64,000 nt of DNA from Promethearchaeota archaeon (GCA_016839745.1 JAEOTS010000025.1:14413-78412); one strand, 5' to 3'; shown: positions 20,101-30,109, numbered from the stretch's first letter. The notes: generated from the sequence alone by a model not told the origin. Made by a program: numbers and translations.

Positions 20101-23100
20101 TGGTAACGGTTCCATTTGATAGAGCATCCCATTCTGTCTGATCAATTGTCCCATTAGTTATAAATGTAATATTGGTTATACCTCCATCAAGTGTATACCA
20201 CATTGTATCTACAATATTAATAGCAGTTATTTCTACATTATAGTTCGGAGAAGTATACCCAAACAAGTTATTTGAAGCTGGAGTATTTATTAAAATGGTT
20301 GGACCAGATAAAATATCTTTCCTAACTACTAAAGAATTGGAAGCTAGATTCCCTAGGGTGTCATTCCCATAGAAAGTGATGGTTACAGTTCCATTCCCTT
20401 GAGCATCCCATTCTGTCTGATCTATTGTTCCATTAGCTATAAATGTTATATTAGTTAAACCTCCATCAAGTGTATACCACATTGTATCTATTCCGTTGAT
20501 ATCCGAAATTTCCACAGTAAAATTTGGTGCAAGGGCTCCAAAGAGCTCGTTTGGAAGGGGGAAATTAATGATAATATTTGGTAATTCGATATCCTTACGT
20601 ACTACAACAGAACTAGAAGCTAAATTCCCAACGGTATCATTTGCATAGAATATGATGGTAAGAGTTCCATTTGATTGAGCATCCCATTCAGTCTGGTCTA
20701 TGGTACCATTGGTTATAAATGTAACATTAGTTATACCTCCGTCAAGCGTATACCACATTGCACCTATTCCATTGATATCGGTAATTTCTACAGTAAAAGA
20801 TGGCGCAAGAGATCCAAAGAGCTCATTTGGTAAAGGTGAAATAATGTTAATATTAGGAACTTCGATATCCTTCCGAACTACAACAGAACTAGAGTCAAAA
20901 TTTCCAATGGTATCATTAGCATAGAATGTGATGGTAACAGTCCCATTTGATTGAGCATCCCATTCTGTCTGATCAATGGTTCCATTGGTTATAAATGTAA
21001 TATTCGTGAGCCCGCCATTAAGTGTATACCACATTGTATCTATTCCATTGATATCAGCAATTTCTACAGTAAAAGTTGGTGCAAGAGATCCAAAGAGCTC
21101 ATTTGGTAAAGGAGAAATAATAAAAATATTAGGAGCTTCGATATCCTTCCGAACTACAACAGAATTAAAGGCTAGATTTCCTAGGGTGTCATTCCCATAA
21201 AAAGTTATGGTTATGGTTCCATTCCCTTGAGCATCCCATTCGATCTGATCAATGTTCCCGTTAGCTATAAACGTGATATTTATGAGCCCGCCATCAAGTG
21301 TATACCACATCGTATCTATTCCGTTGATATCCGTAATTTCAACGTTAAAAGTTGGTGCGATAACTCCAAAGAGCTCATTAGGAAGAGGTGAATTTATGAT
21401 AATATCTGGCAATTCGATATCTTTCCTAACAATTACAGAATTAGAAGCTAAATTCCCAATAGTATCATTTGCATAGAAATTGATCGTAACGGTACCATTT
21501 ACCCGATTATCCCATTCTGTCTGATCAATGGTCCCATTGGTTATAAATGTAATATTCGTGAGCCCGCCATCAAGTGTATACCACATTGTATCTATTCCAT
21601 TGATATCCGAAATTTCTACTGAAAAAATTGGCGCCAGGGATCCAAAGAGCTCATTAGGAAGAGGTGAATTTATGAAAATATCTGGCAATTCGATATCTTT
21701 CCTAACAATTACAGAATTAGAAGCTAAATTCCCAACGGTATCATTTGCATAGAATGTGATGGTAACAGTTCCATTTGATTGAGCATCCCATTCAGTCTGG
21801 TCTATAGTACCATTGGTTATAAATGTAATATTCGTGAGCCCGCCATCAAGTGTATACCACATTGTATCTATTCCGTTGATATCGGTAATTTCCACAGTAA
21901 AGGTTGGTGCAAGAGATCCAAAAAGCTCATTTGGTAAAGGAGAAATAATAAAAATATTAGGAAGTTCGATATCTTTCAGAATTACAACAGAATTAAAGGC
22001 TAGATTTCCTATGGTATCATTCGCATAAAAATTTATAGTTAGGGTGCCATTTCCTTGAGCATCCCATTCAGTCTGGTATATAGTACCATTGGTTATAAAT
22101 GTAATATTCGTGAGCCCGCCATCAAGTGTATACCACATTGTATCTATTCCGTTGATATCCGTTATTTCAACATTAAAAGTTGGTGCAATAACTCCAAAGA
22201 GCTCATTTGGAAGAGGTGAATTTATGATAATATTTGGTAGTTCGATATCTTTCCTAACTGCTACTGAATTAAAGGCTAGGTTTCCAATAGTATCATTTGC
22301 ATAGAAAGTGATCGTAACGGTACCATTTACCCGATTATCCCATTCTGTCTGATCAATGGTTCCATTAGCAATAAATGTAATATTTGTGAGGCCTCCATCG
22401 AGTGTATACCACATCATATCTATTCCATTGATATCCGAAATTTCTACATCAAACGATGGCGCAAGAGACCCAAAGAGCTCATTTAGTAAAGGTGAATTAA
22501 TATTTATATCTGGTATTTCGACGTCCTTCCGAACTACAACAGAATTAGAAGCTAAATTCCCAACGGTATCATTTGTATAGAAAATGACGGTAATCGTTCC
22601 ATTTACTTGATTATCCCATTCAATTTGGTCTATGGTACCATTGGTTATAAATGTAATATTAGTTAAACCTCCGTCAAGCGTGTACCACATTACATCTATT
22701 CCGTTGATATCAGTAATTTCCACAATATAAGTTGGCGTTAGGACTCCGAAAAGTTCATTTGATAAAGGAGAAATAATAATAATATCTGGCGCTACGATAT
22801 CTTTCCTAACTAAAACAGCAGCAGAGGCCAGCTTTCCAAGTGTACCATTCACATAGAAAGTAATTAATACTGTTCCATTTGCTAATTTATTCCATTCAAT
22901 CTGATCAATAGTCCCATTAGCTATAAATGTAATATTTGTGAGACCACCATCAAGCGTATACCACATTGTATCTACGCCATCTGTATCGTTTATTTCTACA
23001 TTAAAATTTGGAGAAGTGATCCCAAATAAACTGTTTGAAATCGGCGCATTTATTACAACAGTTGGAACCGATTCAATTCCATCATCCCATATTGGAAAAT

Positions 23101-26100
23101 TATCTTGACTTCCTGCGGTACCAGGTATTAAATATGGACTATCTCCTATTCCATCATCATTTGCATCTACTCCTCCATAATCATCCCAATAATTACCAAT
23201 AGTTCCATTATCCCAATCATTATTCGTTCCATTATCGAGTGCGTTGATACCATTTCCTATAATTAAATTATTAAAAATTAAAGAATAATTAGCTTCTGTT
23301 AAAAAAAATCCATAATTAATAGTATTATTTATGGTGTTTCCCGAAATAACATTATCAATATTTTCGAATAAATATATTCCATAGAGGTCATAGTTATTTA
23401 CTATATTATTCGAGATTATGTTACTACTACTATTAAGAAGTATTCCTATCCCAAAACCAGTTGGAAACCAGTTGGAATTAATGGTGTTTCCTGTAATACT
23501 GTTATTATTACTATACAATGAAACTATCCCAAAGTTGTTACTATTTAAGGTGTTTCCTGTAATGTTATTATTATTACACTCGCTTATCCATATACCATAA
23601 TAGTTTCCTGAAATCGAGTTGTTTCCTGAAATTGAGTTATTTACACTCCTTCCCAGGTATATCCCACGAGAATTATTTGAACAATTGTTTCTTGTAGATA
23701 GTGAATTAGTAACATTAACCAATTCAATCCCCGCTCTTGTTGAATTGAATACAGTACAATTTTCAATTCTAAAATATACATCAGAATTTTCAATGTAAAT
23801 ACAACTAACCGAATTGTTTTGAGCATTAATTGCTAAATCTTCTATTACATAAGGATCCGAACTTGTACCCTGTCCAGTACACTTTCCTGCATCTTTAAAA
23901 TATTGCCACTCTTGATTACCCTCTAAATAAATAGTCTGTGGAGCTATTGCACTGTCCTGTGTCACATCATAAAAGCTTAATATCCCCAACGCATTCGATT
24001 GAAATCCAAGAATATGACTTCGATAGGCGTCATAATTATACGGAATACAACCATATGCCCATGGCATATCATCTTCAACTAAAAGTTGTTGGATTCTTTC
24101 GTAAAATACTTTCCTTGCATTTGGATCAGTTTCGAATAATGCTGCTTCCATTAAAAGCTGCACATTGGCCCAAGGATCAAATGGATCTCTACCCGCTCCC
24201 ATTGCTGCTGTATAACCATTATATTGAACTCCATTATATGCGATAGATCTATTAGTGAAATGTGGGTTGATATAATTGCTTGGATCAACATAATCAGGAC
24301 CCCATCCCATCCAAAAGAGTTCCAGCATATTTCTTGTATAGGGAGGAATTTCAACCAATCTATAAAAATAATCCGTCCAGGTCATGCCCTCATCAGTAAC
24401 TTCGATTCCTATTTTATCAAGATTATTTTGCAATAAAGGTAAAATATTTTCGCGAAGGGTGTTACCTATATTATAAGTATAATTGAAAGTGCGGAATGAT
24501 GCGGCAGACCATAGAGCCTCATCCATTCCGGGGTAATTTGCGTCCCATCCTATTCCAAAGCCCATACTTTGCATGATTTCTCTAGCTTGTGTTATGTTGT
24601 ATATTGCAACATCAAAGGACCAATTGGCGTAGGGCATATTTTCAGGTATAGGCGACTTTAATCTTACGGCATTTCCTCCATATAATTCATCAATAATGTA
24701 AGAGTAGTTTATTGCATACGAAATTGCTTTTCGCCATGTATTATTAATAATTTGATTATTCATACCGAGATATTGAACAATCATGCTTTGTCCAGCGTTA
24801 AATAACGTAATATCGGGATCAGCATCAAAAGTTGAAAACATTGAAGTCAATGGATCAACCAGTAAGTCAACTTCACCTGATAACAGTGCGTTATTTCTGT
24901 CTACTGCATCTGGAATAATGGAAAATTTAAGGATGGAAACATTGGCTTTTCCTGCCCAGTAATTCTCAAAAGCGTGAAACTTTACTTCATTATCAGGTAA
25001 ATAATGATCATAAACAAACGGACCTGTCCCTATTAAATCACCTGTAGTGGTATTAATAGCTGCAAATTGAGGTGTAGATATAGGAGATAGAATATATGAA
25101 CCAGGAAAGCACAATAAATTATCAAATACACCATAAGGTTTATTCAACTCGAATCTAATTGTATATTCATCTACAATTACAGTATCGTTAATAATAGGAA
25201 AATACATACTAACATCAGGATCATAATATTGATAAAGTTCAGCCGCATAAGCCATAGTATTATTTATGAAGTATGCTAACCTATCAAAAGAAAATTTTAC
25301 TGCAGTCGCGTTAAATTTAGTTCCATCGTGGAAAATTACATTAGACCTGAGAGAAACAGTGTACCATGTGTCTGTGGAATTGATCATCCATGTACCCATT
25401 GATGTTGCAAGATTTGGTATAACTGGTAAATTAGGATCCGATATTTTATATTTAAATAAACCCTCACACACTTGATATATTACATCAAATGATACTGTAT
25501 CATAAGCAACGTGAGGATCAAGATCAAATGGACCATAAGCAGTACCAAAAACAATTTTAAATATATCATCTCCTTGGTCGATCCCATCATCCCAAATTGG
25601 AAAGTTATCTTGACTTACTGTTGGGCCAGATATTGGATAAGATGTATCCCCCATTCCGTCATCATTTTCATCTACTCCTGGATAATCATCCCAAAAATTA
25701 CCAAGACTTCCATTATCCCATGAATTGCTAATCAAACTTTCAAAAGCATTGATATTATTTGAGATAAATGAATTGTTATAAATTAGAATGCTATTACTAT
25801 TATTTACATTCATTCCATATTGAACATTATTATTTACATTATTACCAGTGATGGTAAAGTTGGTATTAAGATTGAATAGATGTATCCCTACGCCGTTATT
25901 TGAACAATTGTTCCCAATTATTTGTCCATTACTAGCATTTAGCAATTTAATTCCTGCATCTGCAGAATTAAATAATGTACAATTTTCAATTCTAAAATAT
26001 ACCTCAGAATTTTCAATAAAAATACAACTAACAGATTCATTTTGGCCATCGATTACTAAATCTTCGATTACATAAGGATCAGAAATTGTGCCCTCTCCCG

Positions 26101-28018
26101 TGCATTTACTTGCGTTTTTAAAATATTGCCATTCTTGATTACCATCTAAATATATCGTTTGTGGGGCAATCGCACTATTTTGGGTAACACCACGAAAATC
26201 TAAAATTTCCATAGCGTTCGATTGAAATCCAAGAATACGGCTCCGATAGGCATCATAATTGCGCGTGACGAAACAAAATGCCCATGGCATATCTTCTTCT
26301 ACAAGAATTTCTTGAATCCTATTGTAATATGATTCTCTTATATTTTGATTGGTTTCGAATAATGCTGCTTCCATTAAAAGTTGTACATTATCCCATAGAT
26401 TAAACGGATCTCTACCAGATTCTATCGCTGCCCAATAGCCATTATACATACCATTATTCCAACTACTAAGATCAAGTGTTCTATTGGTTAACATACTATT
26501 GATATAATTACTTGGGTCATTATAGTCATGCCCCCAACCCATCCAGAAGAGTTGCAGCATCTTCCAGCCATCCACTCCTAAAATAAACAATCTATCTAGA
26601 TATTCTGACCAGGTCATACCAGCATCAGTAACTTCGATACCAATTTTATCAAGATTATTTTGTAATAAAGGTAAAATATCTTCTCGAAATGAGTTGCCTA
26701 TATTATAGGTATAATTGTAAGTCTCGAATGATGCGGCAGACCATAGAGCCTCATCACTTCCGGGATAAGTTGTATCCCAAGCTACTCCAAAACCCATACT
26801 TTGCATTATTTCTCTTGCTTTAGAAACATTATATGTTGCTACATCAAGCGACCAGTTAGCGAATATTATACTTTCAGGAAGAGGAGACTCTAATCTCAGT
26901 GCGTTTCCTTCACGTAATTCATTAAGAATATAAGAATAGTTAATAGCATAAGAAATTGCGTTTCTAAAAGTAACATTGATATAATAATTACTCATTACAA
27001 GAGGCGAAATTACTGTCCCCTGTCCAGCGTCAATTAACGTAATATCAGGATCAGCATCAAGAGTAGAAAACATTGAGGAATATGGATTAAGTATTAAGTC
27101 GACTTCACCTGATAACAATGCGTTGTTTCTGTCTACTGCATCTGGAATAATGGAAAATTTAAGGATTGTAATATTTGCTTTTCCTGCCCAATAATTCTCA
27201 AAAGCGTGAAATTTTACTTCATCATCGGGTATATAATGGTCATAAACAAACGGCCCTGTACCGACTAGAGTTCCAGTAGTGATATTAATATACTCAAATT
27301 GAGGTGTAGATGTGGGAGATAAAATATATGATCCAGGAAAGCATAATAATGCCTCGAATGGTCCATATGGCTTATTCAACTCGAATCTAATTGTATATTC
27401 ATCGATAATAACAGTGTCACTAATAATAGGGAAAGTAGTTCCGAGATCAGGATCAAAATATTCATAAAGTGTAGCTGCGGTAGCCATAGAATTATTTATA
27501 AAATATTTTAACCTTTCAAAAGTAAATTTTACTGCTGTTGCGTTAAATTTAGTTCCATCGTGAAAAATCACATTAGGTCGAAGGGACACGGTATACCATG
27601 TGTCTGTAGAATTAATCATCCATGTACCTTTTGATGTTGCTAAACGGGGTATAATCTGTAAATTTTGATCGGTTAAATTGTATGTGAATAAACCTTCGCA
27701 AACTTGATCTATCACATTATATGAATTAGAATCCCAAGAGTTTTGAGGATCAAGATCATATGGACCAGCCTGAGTACCAAATACTAACTTAAATATATTA
27801 TTATCTTGATTACTAGAGTTGAGATCTTTATCGTAAGAAATTAGTCCCTCTCTAGTTTTAGCATTTATATTTATATTCGAATTTATTATGAAATTTGAAA
27901 AAAATATAATTAAGAGGAAAAATAAAATTAAAACTCGTTTTAATTTCTTATTGAATTTTATTGAATATGATTTACCTTTTATATTCCTATATAGACGAAT
28001 ATTGACTTTGGATTTCAT
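17159..28018 (-). CDS. Giant transmembrane TIR receptor-like protein: signal/TM - SBP5 - NosD beta-helix - SBP5 - NosD - 15 Ig-like repeats - NosD - TM - PCI-like - TIR
   Basis: Two LRxNVIFHDGTKFNATAVKF / GTGPF SBP family-5 signatures; GNYWDDY...D beta-helix caps; WYTLDGG repeats; TM YLIVIIMTVVSIISIAGVSFVVV followed by RKR; IFISYS...VLFCSENS...VKDEW TIR. Confidence 0.9.
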   Translation of the reverse strand: MKSKVNIRLYRNIKGKSYSIKFNKKLKRVLILFFLLIIFFSNFIINSNININAKTREGLISYDKDLNSSNQDNNIFKLVFGTQAGPYDLDPQNSWDSNSYNVIDQVCEGLFTYNLTDQNLQIIPRLATSKGTWMINSTDTWYTVSLRPNVIFHDGTKFNATAVKFTFERLKYFINNSMATAATLYEYFDPDLGTTFPIISDTVIIDEYTIRFELNKPYGPFEALLCFPGSYILSPTSTPQFEYINITTGTLVGTGPFVYDHYIPDDEVKFHAFENYWAGKANITILKFSIIPDAVDRNNALLSGEVDLILNPYSSMFSTLDADPDITLIDAGQGTVISPLVMSNYYINVTFRNAISYAINYSYILNELREGNALRLESPLPESIIFANWSLDVATYNVSKAREIMQSMGFGVAWDTTYPGSDEALWSAASFETYNYTYNIGNSFREDILPLLQNNLDKIGIEVTDAGMTWSEYLDRLFILGVDGWKMLQLFWMGWGHDYNDPSNYINSMLTNRTLDLSSWNNGMYNGYWAAIESGRDPFNLWDNVQLLMEAALFETNQNIRESYYNRIQEILVEEDMPWAFCFVTRNYDAYRSRILGFQSNAMEILDFRGVTQNSAIAPQTIYLDGNQEWQYFKNASKCTGEGTISDPYVIEDLVIDGQNESVSCIFIENSEVYFRIENCTLFNSADAGIKLLNASNGQIIGNNCSNNGVGIHLFNLNTNFTITGNNVNNNVQYGMNVNNSNSILIYNNSFISNNINAFESLISNSWDNGSLGNFWDDYPGVDENDDGMGDTSYPISGPTVSQDNFPIWDDGIDQGDDIFKIVFGTAYGPFDLDPHVAYDTVSFDVIYQVCEGLFKYKISDPNLPVIPNLATSMGTWMINSTDTWYTVSLRSNVIFHDGTKFNATAVKFSFDRLAYFINNTMAYAAELYQYYDPDVSMYFPIINDTVIVDEYTIRFELNKPYGVFDNLLCFPGSYILSPISTPQFAAINTTTGDLIGTGPFVYDHYLPDNEVKFHAFENYWAGKANVSILKFSIIPDAVDRNNALLSGEVDLLVDPLTSMFSTFDADPDITLFNAGQSMIVQYLGMNNQIINNTWRKAISYAINYSYIIDELYGGNAVRLKSPIPENMPYANWSFDVAIYNITQAREIMQSMGFGIGWDANYPGMDEALWSAASFRTFNYTYNIGNTLRENILPLLQNNLDKIGIEVTDEGMTWTDYFYRLVEIPPYTRNMLELFWMGWGPDYVDPSNYINPHFTNRSIAYNGVQYNGYTAAMGAGRDPFDPWANVQLLMEAALFETDPNARKVFYERIQQLLVEDDMPWAYGCIPYNYDAYRSHILGFQSNALGILSFYDVTQDSAIAPQTIYLEGNQEWQYFKDAGKCTGQGTSSDPYVIEDLAINAQNNSVSCIYIENSDVYFRIENCTVFNSTRAGIELVNVTNSLSTRNNCSNNSRGIYLGRSVNNSISGNNSISGNYYGIWISECNNNNITGNTLNSNNFGIVSLYSNNNSITGNTINSNWFPTGFGIGILLNSSSNIISNNIVNNYDLYGIYLFENIDNVISGNTINNTINYGFFLTEANYSLIFNNLIIGNGINALDNGTNNDWDNGTIGNYWDDYGGVDANDDGIGDSPYLIPGTAGSQDNFPIWDDGIESVPTVVINAPISNSLFGITSPNFNVEINDTDGVDTMWYTLDGGLTNITFIANGTIDQIEWNKLANGTVLITFYVNGTLGKLASAAVLVRKDIVAPDIIIISPLSNELFGVLTPTYIVEITDINGIDVMWYTLDGGLTNITFITNGTIDQIEWDNQVNGTITVIFYTNDTVGNLASNSVVVRKDVEIPDININSPLLNELFGSLAPSFDVEISDINGIDMMWYTLDGGLTNITFIANGTIDQTEWDNRVNGTVTITFYANDTIGNLAFNSVAVRKDIELPNIIINSPLPNELFGVIAPTFNVEITDINGIDTMWYTLDGGLTNITFITNGTIYQTEWDAQGNGTLTINFYANDTIGNLAFNSVVILKDIELPNIFIISPLPNELFGSLAPTFTVEITDINGIDTMWYTLDGGLTNITFITNGTIDQTEWDAQSNGTVTITFYANDTVGNLASNSVIVRKDIELPDIFINSPLPNELFGSLAPIFSVEISDINGIDTMWYTLDGGLTNITFITNGTIDQTEWDNRVNGTVTINFYANDTIGNLASNSVIVRKDIELPDIIINSPLPNELFGVIAPTFNVEITDINGIDTMWYTLDGGLINITFIANGNIDQIEWDAQGNGTITITFYGNDTLGNLAFNSVVVRKDIEAPNIFIISPLPNELFGSLAPTFTVEIADINGIDTMWYTLNGGLTNITFITNGTIDQTEWDAQSNGTVTITFYANDTIGNFDSSSVVVRKDIEVPNINIISPLPNELFGSLAPSFTVEITDINGIGAMWYTLDGGITNVTFITNGTIDQTEWDAQSNGTLTIIFYANDTVGNLASSSVVVRKDIELPNIIINFPLPNELFGALAPNFTVEISDINGIDTMWYTLDGGLTNITFIANGTIDQTEWDAQGNGTVTITFYGNDTLGNLASNSLVVRKDILSGPTILINTPASNNLFGYTSPNYNVEITAINIVDTMWYTLDGGITNITFITNGTIDQTEWDALSNGTVTIIFYANDTLGNIASNSVVVRKDIEIPNITINSPIPNELFGPLPPTFNVEISDINGVDMMWYTLDGGFINITFTINGTIDPIEWDNQANGTVTITFYANDTVGNLASNSVVVRKDIQLPNIFIISPILNELFGILAPNFNVIITAINGIDTMWYTLDGGLTNIIFITNGSIDQTEWDAQVNGTVTITFYGNDTLGNLASNSIVVRKDILSGPTILINTPITNSLFRYNPPIFNVEISNVNGIDSMWYTLDGGLTNITFIANGTIDQAEWDALGNGTVIIRFYANNTLGTLSFMDIMVGKDIEIPVITIHNPILDETFQLSSPEFNLSITEGNLDLTWYSLSNDTYITGNYTFSDLTGKIDQGLWDNFITGPIETIFIHFYAADLVGNIGYQNVSIKKVPDYVVLETTTIDDTGAGNYTWDQAEAQEWCFGSGTWNDPYIIEFLVIDGQNTGSNLIIRNSIAFFIVRYSILHNSGGGFNDAGLKLEHVSNAILINLDCSNNNGHGVCLYDCENITILESNMNHNKLAGIFLNESRLISIINNTETISYNRWGIYLLLSHSNIISGSFLGSNQFGLFFKQSNNNSITENYFYLNDEAYVEEDSFGNTFQGNTVITKPDYLIVIIMTVVSIISIAGVSFVVVRKRVIIPKKGREIKVYDKKKIKIEQKLHNRLLTVDHLIEEKSVKDALKDLEEIKDLCKVYGLFEMLNECDEKITQCNSKHLEMINIIKRIVLNLATKFARLEITDISEQTGISDDDFIIEVLQEMIQNNEINGEYFSKSKAVAFDKQSNIEQIKQFIKIYREWEMLNLDRDDSDLLLEEVRSQEIKPKAIVSKLLPEKFKELNIFISYSTLDIDHFQILSVIKSLEEYPEIDKVMYWESDKAQKVADYTEFMDETLKEYDVFVLFCSENSMKSASVKDEWQVAFEKRKKDLITIIPVYEKLDDIPTILGHFLNVKYDKKQFNIFIKNLYQEIMRSRGNKFFK
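18915..23065 (-). repeat. Intragenic tandem array of about 276-bp (92-aa) Ig-like repeats: 14 close copies plus 1 divergent
   Basis: 14 MWYTL(D/N)GG units and one LTWYSLSND unit; antisense ORFs recur every 276 nt. Confidence 0.93.
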
Positions 28019-28100
28019 TTTATCAAATTATGTCTTTGTATAGAAAGAATTGAAGTCTTGGAATTCTTTTAGAATCAATATTAACTAAATATATAATGAC

Positions 28101-28148
28101 TAATGATAAATAGGATGTTCATCTTTTTAAGACTTTATCTTTTTGACA
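28101..28148 (-). promoter_or_regulatory. Conserved upstream element of TIR receptor gene 1
   Basis: 48-nt block with 3 mismatches to 30191..30238, at nearly the same distance from the MKSKVN start. Confidence 0.65.
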
Positions 28149-28231
28149 TTTTATTCTAAATTTATTATTTTAAAAACGGTTATTGAAATAACTTAAGAAT
28201 CTAGTATATATTTTTAATAGAAACTTTATAT

Positions 28232-30109
28232 TTAAGCGATTATCTCGGGAATTCTTCTGCCCTTTGAGCGCATAATCTCCTGATAAAGTTCGGTGGTAAA
28301 ACTATTAAAATCAGTTTTATCATATTTAACATTTAAAAAGTGACCTAATATTACTGGAATGTGTTCGGCTTGTTCATAAACTGGAATAATTGTAACTAAT
28401 CCCTTTTTCCTTCTCTGGAATGCTGCTTGCCACTCATCTCTTACAGAAACGGATTTCATGGAGTTTTCACTACAAAATAAAACAAACACATCGCAATTTT
28501 CAAGCATTTTATCCATATATTCTACAATATTTTGTGTACTATCCGCCTCCCAATACATTACTTTGTTAATATCTGGGTATTCTTCTAAACTTTTTGCAAC
28601 TCGTGATATCTGAAAATGATCTGTATCTATAGTGGAATAACTTAAAAAGACATTAAGATCTTTGAATTCATCAGGTTTAGACTTAGAAATTATTGCTTTC
28701 GATCTTAATTCCCGAGGTAGAATCTCTTCTATTAGAAAGTCCGAATCATCCCTATCAAGGTTATTTTTCTCCCATTCTCCGTACGTTTTTATGAGGTTCT
28801 CAATTTGTTCGATATTCGATTGTTGATCAAAATTAATTCTTTTTGAAAAGTATTCAGCATATACCTCATTATTTTGAATCATATCTTCTATAACTTCAAT
28901 AATGAAATCTTCATCATTTATTCCAGTTTTTTCACTAATATCAGTTATTTCTAATCTCGCAAATTTAGTAGCTAAATTTATCACAATTCTTTTAATTATA
29001 TTAATCATCTCTAAGTACAAATAATTACAATGTTCAATTTTTTCATCACAATCGTTTATCATTTCAAATAGACCATATACGTTGCATAAATCCTTAATCT
29101 CTTCCAGATTTTTGAGAGCCTCTTTTACATTTTTTTCCCTTATCAAGTAGTCAATAAAGGATAACCTATCATGAAGATTTTCTTCGACTTTAATTTTTGT
29201 TTTTCCGTCTACTTTCACTTCTCCTCTTTTTTTAGGAATAATTACTCTCTTCCAAATAGTTAGGATACTTACAGCGGATACACCAACTATAATAACGATA
29301 ATTATAATGGTTAAAAGTAATACATTAAATTTCGGTATTATTTCATTATTTTTAAAACTATTATTTTGACTATCTTCAAGATCATAAGCTTCATTATTTT
29401 CCATAAAGATATTTTCAATTATAGAATTATTGCTCGATTGCTTAAGAAATAATCCTAATTGATTATATCCTATAAAGTTTCCACTGATGTTGTTATTATG
29501 ACTCATTAAGAGAAAAATACCCCTTACCTTATTATTGTTCAGATCACTTTCTAATATAGAAATATTCTGAGAGTTATCCAAACAAACCCCATGGTCTTTG
29601 TTGTTTGAGCAATCTATATTAATTAATTTACCATTTGAAACATTTACTAATTTAACTCCCGCATCATTAGCTCCTCCACCAGAATTATAGAAAATACTAT
29701 CTCTTATAATGAAAAACACACTAGAATTTCTAATTATTAAACAACTTGCACCATTCTGACCATCAATTTCTAAGGATTCAATAATATAAGGATCATTCCA
29801 AGTACCAGAGCCATTACACCATTCTTGAGCTTGTGCTTGAGTCCAAGTGTAATCTCCTTCTCCAGTATCGTCAATAATCATCGATTCTGAAATATAATTA
29901 TCTGATACTTTAATAATAGAAACATCTTGAGATCCAATATCCTTATTATATGGCAATTGATTGAGTCTAATTGTGAAAATTAAGCAGAATAATACCAAGA
30001 TGAAAAATAGTAATGAAACTCTCTTTAAAGTTAAATTTTTATTTGAATTAATTGAAACTGAATTTTTACTTTTATCCTTAGAGACACTAGCATTAACTTT
30101 AGATTTCAT
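28232..30109 (-). CDS. Short transmembrane TIR receptor-like protein: TM - NosD beta-helix - TM - PCI-like - TIR
   Basis: Paralogue of the C-terminal ~550 aa of 17159..28018; start moved to ATG 30109 (MKSKVN, as in the paralogue); TIR VFLSYS...SVRDEWQAA. Confidence 0.9.
   Translation of the reverse strand: MKSKVNASVSKDKSKNSVSINSNKNLTLKRVSLLFFILVLFCLIFTIRLNQLPYNKDIGSQDVSIIKVSDNYISESMIIDDTGEGDYTWTQAQAQEWCNGSGTWNDPYIIESLEIDGQNGASCLIIRNSSVFFIIRDSIFYNSGGGANDAGVKLVNVSNGKLINIDCSNNKDHGVCLDNSQNISILESDLNNNKVRGIFLLMSHNNNISGNFIGYNQLGLFLKQSSNNSIIENIFMENNEAYDLEDSQNNSFKNNEIIPKFNVLLLTIIIIVIIVGVSAVSILTIWKRVIIPKKRGEVKVDGKTKIKVEENLHDRLSFIDYLIREKNVKEALKNLEEIKDLCNVYGLFEMINDCDEKIEHCNYLYLEMINIIKRIVINLATKFARLEITDISEKTGINDEDFIIEVIEDMIQNNEVYAEYFSKRINFDQQSNIEQIENLIKTYGEWEKNNLDRDDSDFLIEEILPRELRSKAIISKSKPDEFKDLNVFLSYSTIDTDHFQISRVAKSLEEYPDINKVMYWEADSTQNIVEYMDKMLENCDVFVLFCSENSMKSVSVRDEWQAAFQRRKKGLVTIIPVYEQAEHIPVILGHFLNVKYDKTDFNSFTTELYQEIMRSKGRRIPEIIA

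Noticed and set aside
19344-22580. Series of 65-74-aa plus-strand ORFs every 276 nt, resembling a cassette array or CRISPR
   Set aside because: They are antisense shadows of the Ig-like repeats; there is no repeat-spacer structure
17159-30109. Diversity-generating retroelement acting on the receptors
   Set aside because: No reverse transcriptase in the window, and paralogue differences are not adenine-specific
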